DNA of 64,000 nucleotides from Trichoplax sp. H2 (taxonomy: Eukaryota): contig NOWV01000001.1 in the NCBI GenBank assembly GCA_003344405.1, positions 62,001 to 126,000 on the forward strand, in the 5' to 3' direction. Positions within the stretch are counted from its first letter, which is position 1, and every line of letters begins with the position of its first letter. The notes beneath the pieces are model-generated. The model did no database searches. It worked only from the letters and a program-made list of their open reading frames with translations, and was not told the DNA's origin. A program made the position numbers and the translations under genes. Shown here in pieces: positions 28,627 through 42,187 of this stretch.

Positions 28627-31600
28627 ATGGAGTTTCAAGCAGTCATTTTGGCTGCTGGACCAGGCTCTAGAATGTATCCATTGACAGAAAATATGCCAAA
28701 AGCCTTATTACCTGTAGCAAATAAACCAATGATCTGGTATCCTATTCGGATATTACAAAAAGCAGGCTTTGAAGGTAGATTAAATGAAAAAATAATGCCG
28801 GTTGATGAGATCAATGACGTAGAATTTTTTCGATAGCTTGTGTACTCAATCGATCGGAGCTTGTCATCTTCAACTTGGCCTGTTCAAGATATAGAGCTAT
28901 TACAGGCTTTTTATACATAGTATAGTGTGGATTTAGCAATAGTATTGATGAAACAAATTATCGTTTAGGTGACTGTTAAAATAATAATGAAGATAGGAGT
29001 ACATGAAACGTTTTAAACAACGTTATTAATAAGATTGATGATAGTTAATTGAAGTTGATTATTAATATGATCATTTTATTATCATTTATCTAGAGATTTT
29101 CATCATCGTTTTAAAATCACAATCAGATGTGATTAAAAAGTCGTTAGTAAGCTGTAATTTGAAGTGTCGACTTCATTATGTACAAATTTCGGATGAAGAA
29201 GAAGTCATCGGTACTGCAGAGTCGCTAAGAAAAATCAGAGATAAAGTCAAGGTAATTGATAAGGGTATACCTACAGTATAACGCTTTGGACGATAAATGG
29301 ACTGGATGTATATCGTACCGTTGTTGCTTGATTCTGTCAGTAGTTTGTTATACAGCAGGAGATCACTACTATGCATTCTAATAAAGTGTAAAATGATGAC
29401 TCCTACTTTTAGTATAGAATCGACTTTGTGTTCTATTGACGAAAAGATGTTTTATTCTGTGTACTGTACTTATGGCTCTTTGCAATGAAGTTATAGAAAG
29501 TGGATGATATTCTGATATGATGATAGTTATTGTTATCATCCTAAACTATAGAGTTGTCATACTTTATGTACGTGTATGTTTGCATAACATTTGGTTGCAC
29601 AATAGTATCTAGTTTTGTCTTTCCCTTAATATGAGACATTTCAATATCTCAAGTTATTACTGTATTAGACTTTGCTTAGCCTTACCAACTGTACAGTAGA
29701 TGTGAATGCAATACAAAATTTTTTTACTGTATGATCTACTAGAAATCAATGACTTCTTATGTCTTGGTTTACCAATTCGTGAATAGGGTAGAAAAAAAGA
29801 TTTTTACTATATTGCTTACTGCAACTATAAGTAGAGATTTTCAATGAATAATCCAATTACTTTGAGTAACCGCTTTTTATCCTTCAATTTTAGAATGATT
29901 TGATGATTTTAAGTTGCGACCTAATTACGAATTTGGAATTGCATCGCCTTGCCAATATACATCGTATTCGTGATTCAGACTTAACGGCATTTATGTATAC
30001 ACGTGATGACAGCTCAAATGAGGCTGAAGGAAAGAATAAGAAAAAGAAGAAGAAAGAGGCTACAAGTAATTGTATATTATTGACCAAGGAGAATGTATTG
30101 TATTATATTAAGTTAATCTATCATAGTAGGTTAGGTTGGTAGTGACTGATTTAACGCAAATACACATAATTAATATATCTTTAGGCCAGTGCGACTTTGT
30201 TGGCGTTAGTGAAAAAGATTCAAGATTAGTATTTTTGTCCACTGCAGTCGACGTGCATAAAGATTTAGCCATTAAAAGAAATCTATTTATGAAGTAATAA
30301 ACGATTGCAATTATTCAGTATCAGATAAGCATTGATATCTTGATGTCAGGATACGTAGCCTTTGCGATTTTTTCGTGATATTTATTGATATTTATTTTAT
30401 TTGCAACTAGATATCCAAGGGTTCTTCTTCGTACTGACTTAATTGATGCTCATTTATACCTTGTCAAAAAATGGATTTTAGATTTCTTGATCGAAAACAA
30501 GTAACTATTTTGGGAATATGGTTTCAATGGAATTATCATGTTTCACCATTTACTAAGTTACTGTAATATTTGCAATTGCCTACTAGATCTTATAATAGTT
30601 TTAAAGGCGAAGTTTTACCTCACTTAGTATATAAGCTGGATGCCCGTCCTGAGGTAGCTTCAGTAGATACTGAACAGGGGAAAGAAGATAATACAAGGAA
30701 TAACTTAGGTAATGTCTACTTATAATAGCGAACTAATAATATAAAATGTAAAAAGAGGAATTAGATCAACAAGGTCATGTCATAAGTACCTCTTCTTTTC
30801 AATCATTGGCAACATAATGTTGTAATATAGGCGCTCAAATATCTCAGTATTTTTTACTGCACTATACATATTCTGCTTAGGAACGACATCGAAATCCGAA
30901 ATTGAATTAGAACAATTAGCTCTAAGTTTATCAACATGCTATCGTGGTGAGAATATCGAAGAAGGCTATGAAGCATCAAAGTGCTATACATACATCAGCG
31001 ATAAAAATAACTGTATTAGAGTAAATTCTGTTCAGTTATATATGGATGCAAATCGTCATGTAGGTCTTATTAGTTATAAATAGCGGAACTATTCCCTATA
31101 CCGATTGAATAATATTACGAGTCTATACGAAACAATAGTGCTATCTAATAGGACATCGTTGATACTATTAGGCATTGCGGTGGATATCGTCGTTTCTTCC
31201 AGAAGCTACCGATACTAAGTCAGTTCATTTTTCTGCCAATACGTCGCAAAGAGCTAGAGGGAATATATCAGAAGTTGGGGACGCTAAAACTGGTTACACC
31301 ACAGGTACTTCTACTTCAAAAACGAGAGGAAGTAACACATCCGAAACTGGTGAAAGTAAAGCAGCTTATCAATCTGGTCCTAGTGCTCCTACATCGCAAT
31401 CTGGAACCAATAATGCTATAGTTGAAAGTGCTGATGCTAAAACAAATACAGCAGTTGAGAGAAAAGTCGGGGTAGGACAAAATTAAATCTCCTAAGGCTT
31501 TATGTGCACAGATCCTGGTAACGGAATATCTTACGTACAAATTAGGTTGATCAAGAATCAATTATCGGAGACGGTGTTACTATCGAAAATAAATGTGCTA

Positions 31601-32105
31601 TTAAGAAATCGGTTATTGGTAATCACTGCAGGATTCTGGACAATGTTAAGATTCTAAATTCTGTCTTAATGGATCATGTAACTGTCGAAAGTGGGTAGGT
31701 GATCAACTTACGCGTACATATAGTATTAAATGAAGTACGCTTTGGAAATATTTAATATCGGTAACACATCATTATTCTCGTAACCAACCGTCATGAAATT
31801 TTCATTTCTAGTTGTGTTATTCAAAACAGCGTTGTATGCAGTCTCGCACATATTAAAGGCCGCTGTACTATAAAGGATTGCCAGATTGGGTATTCACATA
31901 CAGTATCAGATGCAAGTAAGTCATATTTATATATCTCATTATACGAAAGCACTCGTATGCTATACCGATGTTAGCGACAATGGATGACTGTAATTTTTGT
32001 ACACGTTAAGTTTACAATTTTTATTTATTTTTTATAGCTGAAGCAAACGGAGAATGTCTTGTATCTGCTGAAGGTGGAATGATGACGTTAGACAATGCTA
32101 ACTAA
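28627..32105 (+). CDS. EIF2B3: Translation initiation factor eIF2B subunit gamma
   Basis: [68 protein letters not shown], and C-terminal beta-helix hexapeptides ([24 protein letters not shown]). About 10 exons; stop 32103-32105. Confidence 0.93.
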
Positions 32106-33375
32106 CAGTGTAACCATGCAATACTTATGGTGTTGCAAGTTGTAATTATCGGAAAGAAGAATAGATATGAATCATGTATTCAAGATGAGCAGGAACTGGA
32201 ATAAGACTTCCGCACAGAGGTCGAAAATATGCATCAACAGTAAATTATTGCTGACTTCGGCCTCTGTAGACAAACTAACTGGCGCCTGGATAAATGTTGA
32301 TTGACTAACAAAATTCGCTTATCAATTAAATCGATAACTTATCATTTCCTGACAGTAGAGCTATTCACATATTTGTTGATCAATAACATTATGGACTAGG
32401 CCTATCGAAGAACCTCTCCTACAAGGGCTGCTATGAAATAACTATAAATATTCTTTTATTCTCTAATAAAAGACCTTCATGTATTGTGAATTACTGTATT
32501 AAATATCAACTTTCTGAAAAAAGTATTAAACAACGAGTCTATTTTAGCCGTTCGTTGATTGAGTCAACTGTGCTTATAGTATACCCAATTATATACAGAT
32601 ACGGACTTGCAGCGTAAATATACTGAGGTTATTAGACTATCTTGTGTGTAATAAGTTATTAGAGTAAGTCGTATGACTTGTAGGTTTCTTTTACTGTACT
32701 TTGCACTACAATATTCGGTGGATCTGGCCTTGAGTATGGTAAAATCGAGCTTAACTATGCTTTCTGAGGTTCCGATTCCTTTAGATATATATGCGTGATA
32801 AGTTGCCATACGCGTATAAATCAAAAAATCTAAATTATTTAGCGTAAAGCATGCTAACTTTATAAAGCATTTATAAAGGCTTTACGTTTATGTAAATACT
32901 GCGTAAGATAAAATACATGTAGTTCAAAAGTTTAAAAATTAGAAATAAGCATTAGTGGTTTATTCCGCGTAAACGTTATCTATCTATACTCAATAAATGC
33001 TAAGATTTTCTTTCCATAGCATATAACAGGTCTATAATTTAGCTATAATATTATATTTGGTGAAATAACGGCTTCGTAACCTGTATTTCTGAAGTAGAAA
33101 TAAATTAACCACAGTAGATTGAGAATTTCTGGAATTAATCGCAATAGCAAGAGTACCTATCAAGTCGTGTTACATATTTCTAACAAAATTAAAATCGGTT
33201 ATGGTATAAAAGATTTCCTAGTTACAATACTAAATTTTCAAATATAAGGCAGCAACGATTGCGACATGACATATTGAATAATAAAATCTATCAAACGATG
33301 CGTTAATAACCAATTTTTTTTAAACAAATATAATCCAGTCAGATGGCCAGATTCATACGCATATATTGCATTTAA

Positions 33376-36300
33376 TTAAAATTCCCAATTGTGATATTCA
33401 GTAAAACAAGAAACCGGTACGCTCCAGGATGGTAAATGTTTCTCAACTTTACGAATTTCCGAAGTTTTAGGGCCCGAAAAATGCGAAGCTATACCAAAAT
33501 TCATAATTTTATCCGTCTTTTCGTAGTTTTTAATCTAAAAAGATTTTAATAGTATTTTGATTATCAGGAAGCTATCGATTTTCATTGTACATTAGGAAAA
33601 GATCCCTTATTTACATTCAGTTCTATCCAAAAGTCCCATGACTGCGTAGGGTGGCCTTGTGTGTACCAAACAAAAGCTGTGTAGTGGTCTCCATTCCACA
33701 ATGGCTTAGGCTTTCCATCTGTAAAAGACCATGCTACAATTTCCGTACCATTGGCAGGATCGATATACAGACGAAGTTGCGAAGGAGGATCTAAATAACG
33801 AATTGAAGGCCTTGAGCTATGGATTTATACACATAAACCAGTGCTAGAAGAGAATATTTCACTTTGAAACTCTATGTTATGTATACCATTCTTACTACGT
33901 ACCTACGATGCTGAAATAAAATTTTTGTTTACGTCCACTGCTTGTCACATCTTTCTTAACCAGTTTCAGATCGATTTCTTTAGGAAAAGTTGGAGGAGAA
34001 CCTTCCTTATACCATACGTGCCTACATATTACCAAAAATAAAATTCACGTAAGTTAATATAGCTGAATAAAGAACGATGATTAAAAAGCCATGATCTATG
34101 AACAGTTAGTGTTATATGGCAAGGAAGCAAGCGTACCCTGTTAAACTCCGAACAGGGTAAAAGGCAGGATAACCACAATTTGCGCCCTTACAGGTAGTTA
34201 TAGTCGCATTTTTAAAGTAATTATCATGTTCGGATAAATATCTCAGTCCATTTGCATCCATAGGAACAAGTATAATGCCTGAGTCACTGTCCGTAACGAC
34301 GCCGCTTCTATCATGAAACTTGCGATGGATATGCTAAGTATTAAGAGAATGGTTAGCCGCAAGATATTATGAATACGGTACACTAAACAATAATAAAAAA
34401 TAAAAAACCTGATAAAGAAGTCTTTGAGCATGTGGATTTGGAGGTCCAGAATATGGAAATATGGCACCAGTAATGACTAGAAAAAAGCAGGTTAGGAAGG
34501 ATATACCAAAAATAATGGCTGGCCATTTCAGACTTTTTGCTACGTAGACAACATTTACCTGTTAGAGTAGATTAATGATTGACGCAATGGTTGTTAAGAA
34601 TTTCACAAATTAGCACTTACAATAAGAACAATGATAAGAACGTATCTGCTTGACTTCTCACTTACCACAGATGTTACTAGTAGAAGCGTGAAACTTCCAG
34701 TAATAACAGCTATTACTATTTCAGATGGAACAACTGATCCACAACGACCGAGGATAGGCATGAAGAAATCGAATACAGCCCATATCAAATAGGTATTTAA
34801 TGTCATCGGTATTAATACAGACACTAACAGTACTATAAGGTAAGCTGTCTGGCTGTGATAGTAATTTCGTTTAAAGATACCATTCCAAATAAATTTATCT
34901 ATAAGAAGAAAGGATGCTGGCCAAGTTAAGGATAAAAATGCAGAAGCTATCCCACTATTTGATAGAAATATAGTGACGAAGCTCCAAATTATTACATTTG
35001 CATCAGCTACGGCTTGCTGAAGTTGCCAAGATATAATCGGTTGGCCTTCTGAAGTACGTTTCTACAATAAAATGATTGTTTTATTTTATGTGATCTAACA
35101 TCTGAAGCGAATAAAGATTACAGTCTATCTTAAAATAAAATGAATATTACTTGGTTAGTGCAAACCTGACAGAATTTCATTTTGGCATAGTAGTGCACTG
35201 CTGCTGTAGTAAAGATAGTTGGTATAGCATACAATGGGAATATAACAACGCTATGGGTGTACCAAGATAATGGGCGACCATTTGACATAATAATGTAAGC
35301 TATAGCAGGGGCGGTTATGAAGCCAACAAGCCAAGACAATAGGTAGGCACCCATGCCGAATATTAAATGGTACAAGTTCAATTCATCAATCCCTAATACC
35401 AATTAGAAAAAAATTGATAGCTTAAATAAATGCAACTATGACAACATATCTGATCAACTAAATTCGTCAGAAGAATGGTTAATAATTAAGCAACCAGCAA
35501 CAGTGCATTAAATCGTTGTGAAAACGTACCAACTGTGGTACGTCGACCTCCCAATCGAGGTAAATATCTTGCAATAATTATCGCTACAGCAATGACCGAT
35601 ATTGAATAGTTGAGAATATATCCTAAGCGTTCTGGGTAGAGCAGGGTAAAAATCCCAAGAACGTCGGTAAAAACAATCTTGCCATGACGACTATATCCAG
35701 GGTTAACTAGTTCATCAGTACAAACTAGGCCTCTCATAGCTCCTAATACATTCTCGCCAGTTCTCTGCATACAACCAGGTGGGATTGCTTTAGTGTCATC
35801 GTATCGTGTATGATAAACGTAACCATTGGTTACATATGCCAAATCCAATCCTATCGAGTTAAGTGAAGATAAAATACGGTATATTCCTCATATTGTTGTT
35901 ATCACTCCTAATGTAGGTTTGTAAAATTTAGGTTATGGCAAATATGATATATATCATGTATTTTTATGAGGTCAATGAGTAACGATATGGTATACAAATA
36001 CTGACACACGCAGTTAAAGACTGTTCCATATCCTCTATTTAAACGACGTGTTGGCTGAAATTATAAGGCACAATCAGAAACCAGGTGTAAAAGTTATATT
36101 GTCTATTGCAATAATAAACTACGATCTCGAATCTTATGCCTTCATTGGATTGTCATAGATGTCCACTTGAGCAAAATAATATATAAGGATATTCATACTG
36201 TAAGTAAAGGGAATACATCTTTCAGGCAGTAACATCGAACTAGTAAGTCTTATCATCAGTATGATATTGGTGATTTCCAAATATAAATGTCATTTTGTTA

Positions 36301-37907
36301 AATGGAGTATACTAGTCCATGTATAATTATTATAAACTGTATACTCGTAGAATATTCATAATTTCTACAGCAATGTATCATGATAATGGTGATAGTGACT
36401 AAGTTAATGGTTGCTAATGTATAATGTAGTAGGTTGTGTAACGCACAATGTATACGTTTGACAAAGGATTAATTTCAGGTATTACTGGTATAAATTTTAA
36501 TGATAGTAAAAATTAAGTCTAGTACTCAATAATTACGTAGCGCAGAAATAGTAAGTATACTAAACACAAGACATACATACTTCAGTATACTCAGCAGTTA
36601 TTCGATCTAAGTTCAAAAAGTTAGTCTAGCAACGACTGCGCTCGGATGCAAAGATTTATGCTGTCTGAGCATTCATTCTTTATTTCTTTATGGTTATGAA
36701 ATATGACATTTAGATACCTTTAAGCGAAGACATAAAGTAATGGAAATTAATAGACTTTACAGTATCCGATAATCCATCATGAAGCTTAGCTATAGCGGCT
36801 ATATACGAAACATCGCAACAAAGTAGGCACACAGATTGTCAGGAGAGTAGGGCTACTTTGGCATGATACGTATTAACTTAATTTTATGTGCCATGATTGA
36901 ACGATTCATAACTAGTAGTAATGTACTGTAATGTATTTCATTTTACCTGGAATTTTGCCGTAATCACGAAAAATGCGAAAGTCCGTATCAGCAGGTACAA
37001 TAGCAGTTTCAAAGATTTCTTGACCAACCACTGAAGCAAACGGGTGCGGAGCATGCTTCATATAATTTCGGATTAACCAAGGATTTTCAGGACCGGTTTG
37101 GAATACTAGTTCTCTACCGCCAGCCCCAGCAGCATCTAAGTTAATAAAAGCTCGAAGTGTATCCTTCCATTTATGTTGTGTAATAAAACCATGGCTAGCA
37201 GGTAGAACACTTTCTTCAGCCCCATTGAAAAGAAAGACGACACTGTGTTGAAGCATCGGCCAACGTGATTCATCAGCATGTGCTAAGGCTCGAAGTAATT
37301 CCAACATTGTAGCACAACTAACTGCATCATCACTTGCACCAGGGCTGTCCACGACGGTATCAAAATGGCAGTTGACTAATAAAGCGTTGTCTTTACTGTG
37401 AGATCGCCTTGGACTTATACGTGCAACAATATTGGTAATATTAGCATAGCTATGAGTAAAACCACCTAAGAATTGCAAAAAGAAAGACCCACTGGGTCGT
37501 TGGACATCAATTTCAATTTCGGAATGAGGTTTAGCAGACATTTGTATCATTTTTAGCTCATTCATGATATAATTAAATGCAACAACTTCATTATTATATG
37601 TTCCAGCTAAACGTGGGCCAATAGCAACTAATTTTTCAAGATGTTTACGAGCTCTTCCTTCTGAATATGTTCCAACATCGTCCTCATTAGCACGCTTAGC
37701 TCGAGGTATGTAATAATAATTATAACTTACAAAGGCCAGGATTAAATAAACCAATGCTGCTATAGAAATAAGATGGCCTAAACCCAAAGCACCTGGTTGT
37801 CTCCTTTCCAATTGGCTTTTCTTATCATCTTCATCGATTGGACGATCAGATTTAGATGATCGATTTTGTTGTTCCTTAGAACGTAAGCGGACGCCAGCGT
37901 TCGCCAT
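33376..37907 (-). CDS. ERMP1: Endoplasmic reticulum metallopeptidase 1 (M28 family, multi-pass membrane)
   Basis: NCHFDT, GASDD, FNGAEE, INLDAAGAGGRELVFQTGP, PADTDFRIFRDYG, YVYHTRYD, several TM exons, PILGRCGS. Stop 33376-33378. Confidence 0.94.
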
Positions 37908-38425
37908 TACTGCTATGAAAAGTGCCTCCACCACCGCAGGCCTTAAGTACCTTGGTAACGGTACAGAGAGACGACAGCCCAGCCCCTAAACCTCACCCTA
38001 GCCCAGAAGACCCATTGGACCATCCAAGCTGTGATCGGCTCTGTTGAACAAGCTGCATACATATCCTATTGTCGCGCAGTACTATATGAGTAAGTAATCA
38101 CGAGGACACCATGGGCCTTCTCTTACCCACCCCCACCTCCCTTTGTTTCGTAGCCCCACCCTGATGTCATATGATCAGCGGTGGAGAATGTCGAGAGAGA
38201 CTCAACCACATGAGCTGTCACTGGTCTGGACAGTGTAACGTAGGAGAGGGATGGACACTTGTACTGCAGTAACTATGGTTGCAATGATTGCTAAAAGCGC
38301 TGGATGCGAGCTGGATAATCCATCATCATCAGCAAGTTTTCTTGATGCTTTCCTGGTTCAATAGGGAAAATTCCACTGTTGAAAGCTATTTTTTTATACT
38401 CAATGAGACTCTATTGATTGCAAAG

Positions 38426-39877
38426 ATGAACAACTATGATGATCGACCTTTATCCTATCACGAATTTATCAAATATATGCTCAATGGCCGCTTTTGTGGT
38501 CGCAAGACTGATATTGGCAAACGCTTTTTAAATGTTTATCACTGTCCATCAACTTGTTTCGACCATGACAATATCAATTTCAGTGTTTTATTCAATCCAG
38601 ATATGGCTCATTTCGATCCAATGCAAACCAACCAATGCCAAGCTTCAAGTACAACTGACAATACCAATAGGCATAAAACGACTGTACCAAATAGGAAGCG
38701 AAATCAAAGCAATCTTGCTCAACGCCATGACGATTCAATCAAATCGAGCAAAGGTATAAAGAAGTTAGCTCAGAAACCACCATTAGCACATCATAGCTCG
38801 CAACCACAAGTTGTTAGCAGTTGCCAATATCCAAATGAGCTAAATAAGGACTGTTTGATGGAGGGCAAGGCTAAGTGTCAACGACCGAAAAAATTCCCAA
38901 CCAGTCATGATAAGAAGCAATCAATTCACGTCGGCAAGGATGATCAAGCGGATGGATATCGGAAAGGGCCACGAGCACGTCATGACTCACCATCACTGGT
39001 TGGCAGGAACCATCCGAACCAGCTAAATGAAGACTGTTCTACTGAGGAGGATGCTGAGCATCAACTATCTAAAAAATTTATAACGAGTAATGATAACAAC
39101 CAATCGACTGATGTCGGCCATGATGATCAAGCTGAAAGGTATCCATTTGACGTGGCAAATGATCACTTACAAAGTGAGATAAACCTATCTGTTAGCAAGC
39201 CTTTAAATCATAGTAGTAAGGATATTCACCAATCTACCTCTATGAGTAATCACTCTAATGACAATGATAAAGATAGCTCTTCAATTAAGAAAGAAGGTGG
39301 AAAATTGAATAATTTATCTGCTTTCAGAAAATGTCATCATGAGATGGATAGTGAGCAATGTGTATCCGATCAATGGACTATGTTTATCCATTTGCAAGGT
39401 TGGCAGCCATTAGTATCAGATATCGATTGGATAAGTGATCAGTACATGGCTTACGGTTTGCTTGCATTACTTTTTGGCCATGAAGAGAATGGGACATTGT
39501 ATATAAATTCTGTAAAATTGATTGGATTTGTTTCTCTTGTCGATTTATCGGTTAAAGCAATACTAGCAAATCAAACTGAAGCGGAAAGCATGCCGCTAAT
39601 CAATTTTCTCCAAGCTGAGGGTAAACAGTTACAAAATCAACCTGCAGCTTTCTCTATTACCTCACCAGGTTTTGGTATTCATCTTCCTAGTAATTTAAAA
39701 CAAGCTATGCTAGAGTCATGCCAGACTGCAATGGCTCCATGCTGGTATTCAAAATTTGTCTACGTAGATGCTTTCAGTAAATTAGAGGACAGAACTCCGC
39801 TTATAGAAGTCTTTGATTTTTCAAGCGATCAGGCAAAAGTTGTCAATTTTCAATTGGAAACGCCTGTTTTACAGTAA
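38426..39877 (+). CDS. Intronless orphan protein with a ~61-aa internal duplication and a degenerate MPN/JAB-like C-terminal domain
   Basis: Uninterrupted ORF of ~1.5 kb (open from 38288; probable ATG at 38426) in AT-rich DNA, head-to-head with ERMP1. Function not established. Confidence 0.75.
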   Translation: MNNYDDRPLSYHEFIKYMLNGRFCGRKTDIGKRFLNVYHCPSTCFDHDNINFSVLFNPDMAHFDPMQTNQCQASSTTDNTNRHKTTVPNRKRNQSNLAQRHDDSIKSSKGIKKLAQKPPLAHHSSQPQVVSSCQYPNELNKDCLMEGKAKCQRPKKFPTSHDKKQSIHVGKDDQADGYRKGPRARHDSPSLVGRNHPNQLNEDCSTEEDAEHQLSKKFITSNDNNQSTDVGHDDQAERYPFDVANDHLQSEINLSVSKPLNHSSKDIHQSTSMSNHSNDNDKDSSSIKKEGGKLNNLSAFRKCHHEMDSEQCVSDQWTMFIHLQGWQPLVSDIDWISDQYMAYGLLALLFGHEENGTLYINSVKLIGFVSLVDLSVKAILANQTEAESMPLINFLQAEGKQLQNQPAAFSITSPGFGIHLPSNLKQAMLESCQTAMAPCWYSKFVYVDAFSKLEDRTPLIEVFDFSSDQAKVVNFQLETPVLQ

Positions 39878-40422
39878 TATCAAGTTTGCGAGCGCTTTAT
39901 AGATGAAATTAAACTAATCAGTCTAATTAATAATACTAACTTATTTTTGTACCATAGTCTTGTATATGTTATCAGAATGTTGATCTATTGCTACACACCT
40001 CAACGAGGTATAAAATTGAAGACAATCTACTAATAAAGTTTCTCAACCGTAAAAACAAGCTATAATAATGGAAAGAAATGAATTAAGCGCATAAATTGAT
40101 GCATTTCAGCAGTAAAATCTTTATTGCTTTTAAAATTAGAGAAATACTATATATTACCAACAGATTATTACATGTACACTTGCACTATGAAATAAGGCAA
40201 ATAAAGTCAATACTGTATTATATTACTAATACAGAAACGTGGATAAATCATGATAAGAAGTATACACTGATCAGAGGATAAATTTGACGCTAATAGGTTA
40301 ACGTAAAACACCACAAGGTGAAAACTGTTGCAAAGAGGAACTGTACAGTAAACTCATCAAAGAGAGGAGACAACGTTTATATACAATCAATTTAATATAT
40401 TCATCATGATTCTAAGCCATTC

Positions 40423-41675
40423 CTAGCGACTTTCTAAGCTTTTCTCTCGCATTAAAACAGATTCTTCAAATTTGATCATGTATGTCGTTCCCTTATGCCA
40501 GTGAACAGTAACATTGCAAGGCTGCATTCGTAATAGTTACATTTCCATATTGAAAAGGAAATGTTAAATAGACGTCATAAATTGAAAAATACAAAGTTTT
40601 AACTTACAAAATTGAGTCCATTTAGTACAGCTTCAATAATTCCACCACTAAAAGCCGCACAATTAAGACTGCCTAAAAATACACCATTATCATTACAATC
40701 TTCTAGACTATTAGTCCTAGCTGGCATATTTCTTATAATCCGTTCAAAGTAAATTGTAAATTTGCTATTTATTGTATTAATGTATGGTTTGCTTGTATAG
40801 AACTACAGAGAATATCTACTATGATACCTTTATCTTTAGGCACGAATATAAACTTATTAACCAAGGATTCATTTTCTATTATGTAATCTTATAAAACCAG
40901 TTCAGAAAATCAAGCTGTGTTGTCAATAGATCGATAGGATAAACAATATAATCATGCTGGCTGTCGAAGAATTATCGTATACTAATAGAGTGAGATGAAT
41001 TATTGTCATTGCAGCCTATTACGGCAAATTATGATCAAAAGATACAAGTTTTTTCGTCATCATTCGATAGTTCTAATTTATCAGCTTCTCTTCCAAAACA
41101 GCTCTATAATTGAATGTAAAAAGAAGAAATATACACGTACGTAAAATGTCTACTATAATAGTTTGTAAAGATTATCGATTGATTTGTTGTCTACCTTCCA
41201 AACCGTTGTCTTGACAAAGATTAAAGCTTGTAAAAGTCTGAGCTCTCTCTTAGAGCCTCGCTCTCTTAAATACAATGCATCCAAGATACGTGTACCAACA
41301 TGATGGCCTAACGACGCTAATCTAATAAAGTACATTTAGTAAGTGATGCTATGCTGTATTACCTAAGACAAGATGATCAACCTAGTCTATTCTACTTACT
41401 TCTGTTGCAAATCTACAACACTAGAGGATCGATTTTGACAATATTGTACCAACTCGGAGAACAAGAAAGCAAAAGTGCTCAAGTTGATCTGCCATAATCA
41501 AACGAGATAAATGATCATGACATCCTATCCATTGGGAATAACTTCATCATTTTTACTACACCTGTTACACAAGGAAAATGCTATTTCGCTGGCTTACCTC
41601 TCCTCTCCCTTTGCTTAATGGTTTCTCCAGAATATTTGTTGATTTGCGCTGGATGCTTGCAGATTTCGACTCCAT
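40423..41675 (-). CDS. TRAPPC5: Trafficking protein particle complex subunit 5
   Basis: NILEKPLSKGRGE|INLSTFAFLFSELVQYCQNRS; LASLGHHVGTR; FVKTTVWK; CFGREADKLE; SLNCAAFSGGIIEAVL; VTVHWHKGTTYMIKFEESVLMREK. Confidence 0.95.
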
Positions 41676-42187
41676 CTTGCTTTAATGGAAGGTCAAGTAC
41701 TGAACAGTACAATGTAAACGTTAGCTAGGGAAATTGGCTTAGTACAGTACACTGTATATTGTTGGAAAATACACACGATTGTATAGGCTTTACTATAGGC
41801 TAAGAGCAGGAATTGATCCAGTGTGCCATTACAGTAGAAATCCTTTAGGAACCTATGGTTGTATAGTGTGCCAGTCATGACAACGAAGAGAAGAGTATAG
41901 TATGCCACGATGGACGCCGATCTGAAATCACACCATGTTACTACTGTACTTACTAGCCTGATATTACAGTACTTAGTACTGTAATCCTGCAGTCCTCTGG
42001 AGAGCTACCTGGCCCTTGCAGTTGCTGGAGCTACTTGGTAAAAATCACGACTGCCTGTTGTTGTAGATCAGCATTGCATCATAATAATTCCCTCTAGGCA
42101 ATCGTTATTCACAGTTTTGACCTTTCATCCTCTGGAATGGATCGGAAATATGTTCTACTGTATGTTACAAAACTGATGAGTAGATAG

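Noticed and set aside
31487..31550. In-frame stop if the acceptor at ~31511 is used in EIF2B3 (possible pseudogene)
   Set aside because: The acceptor at 31545 gives an open, conserved frame (VDQESIIG).
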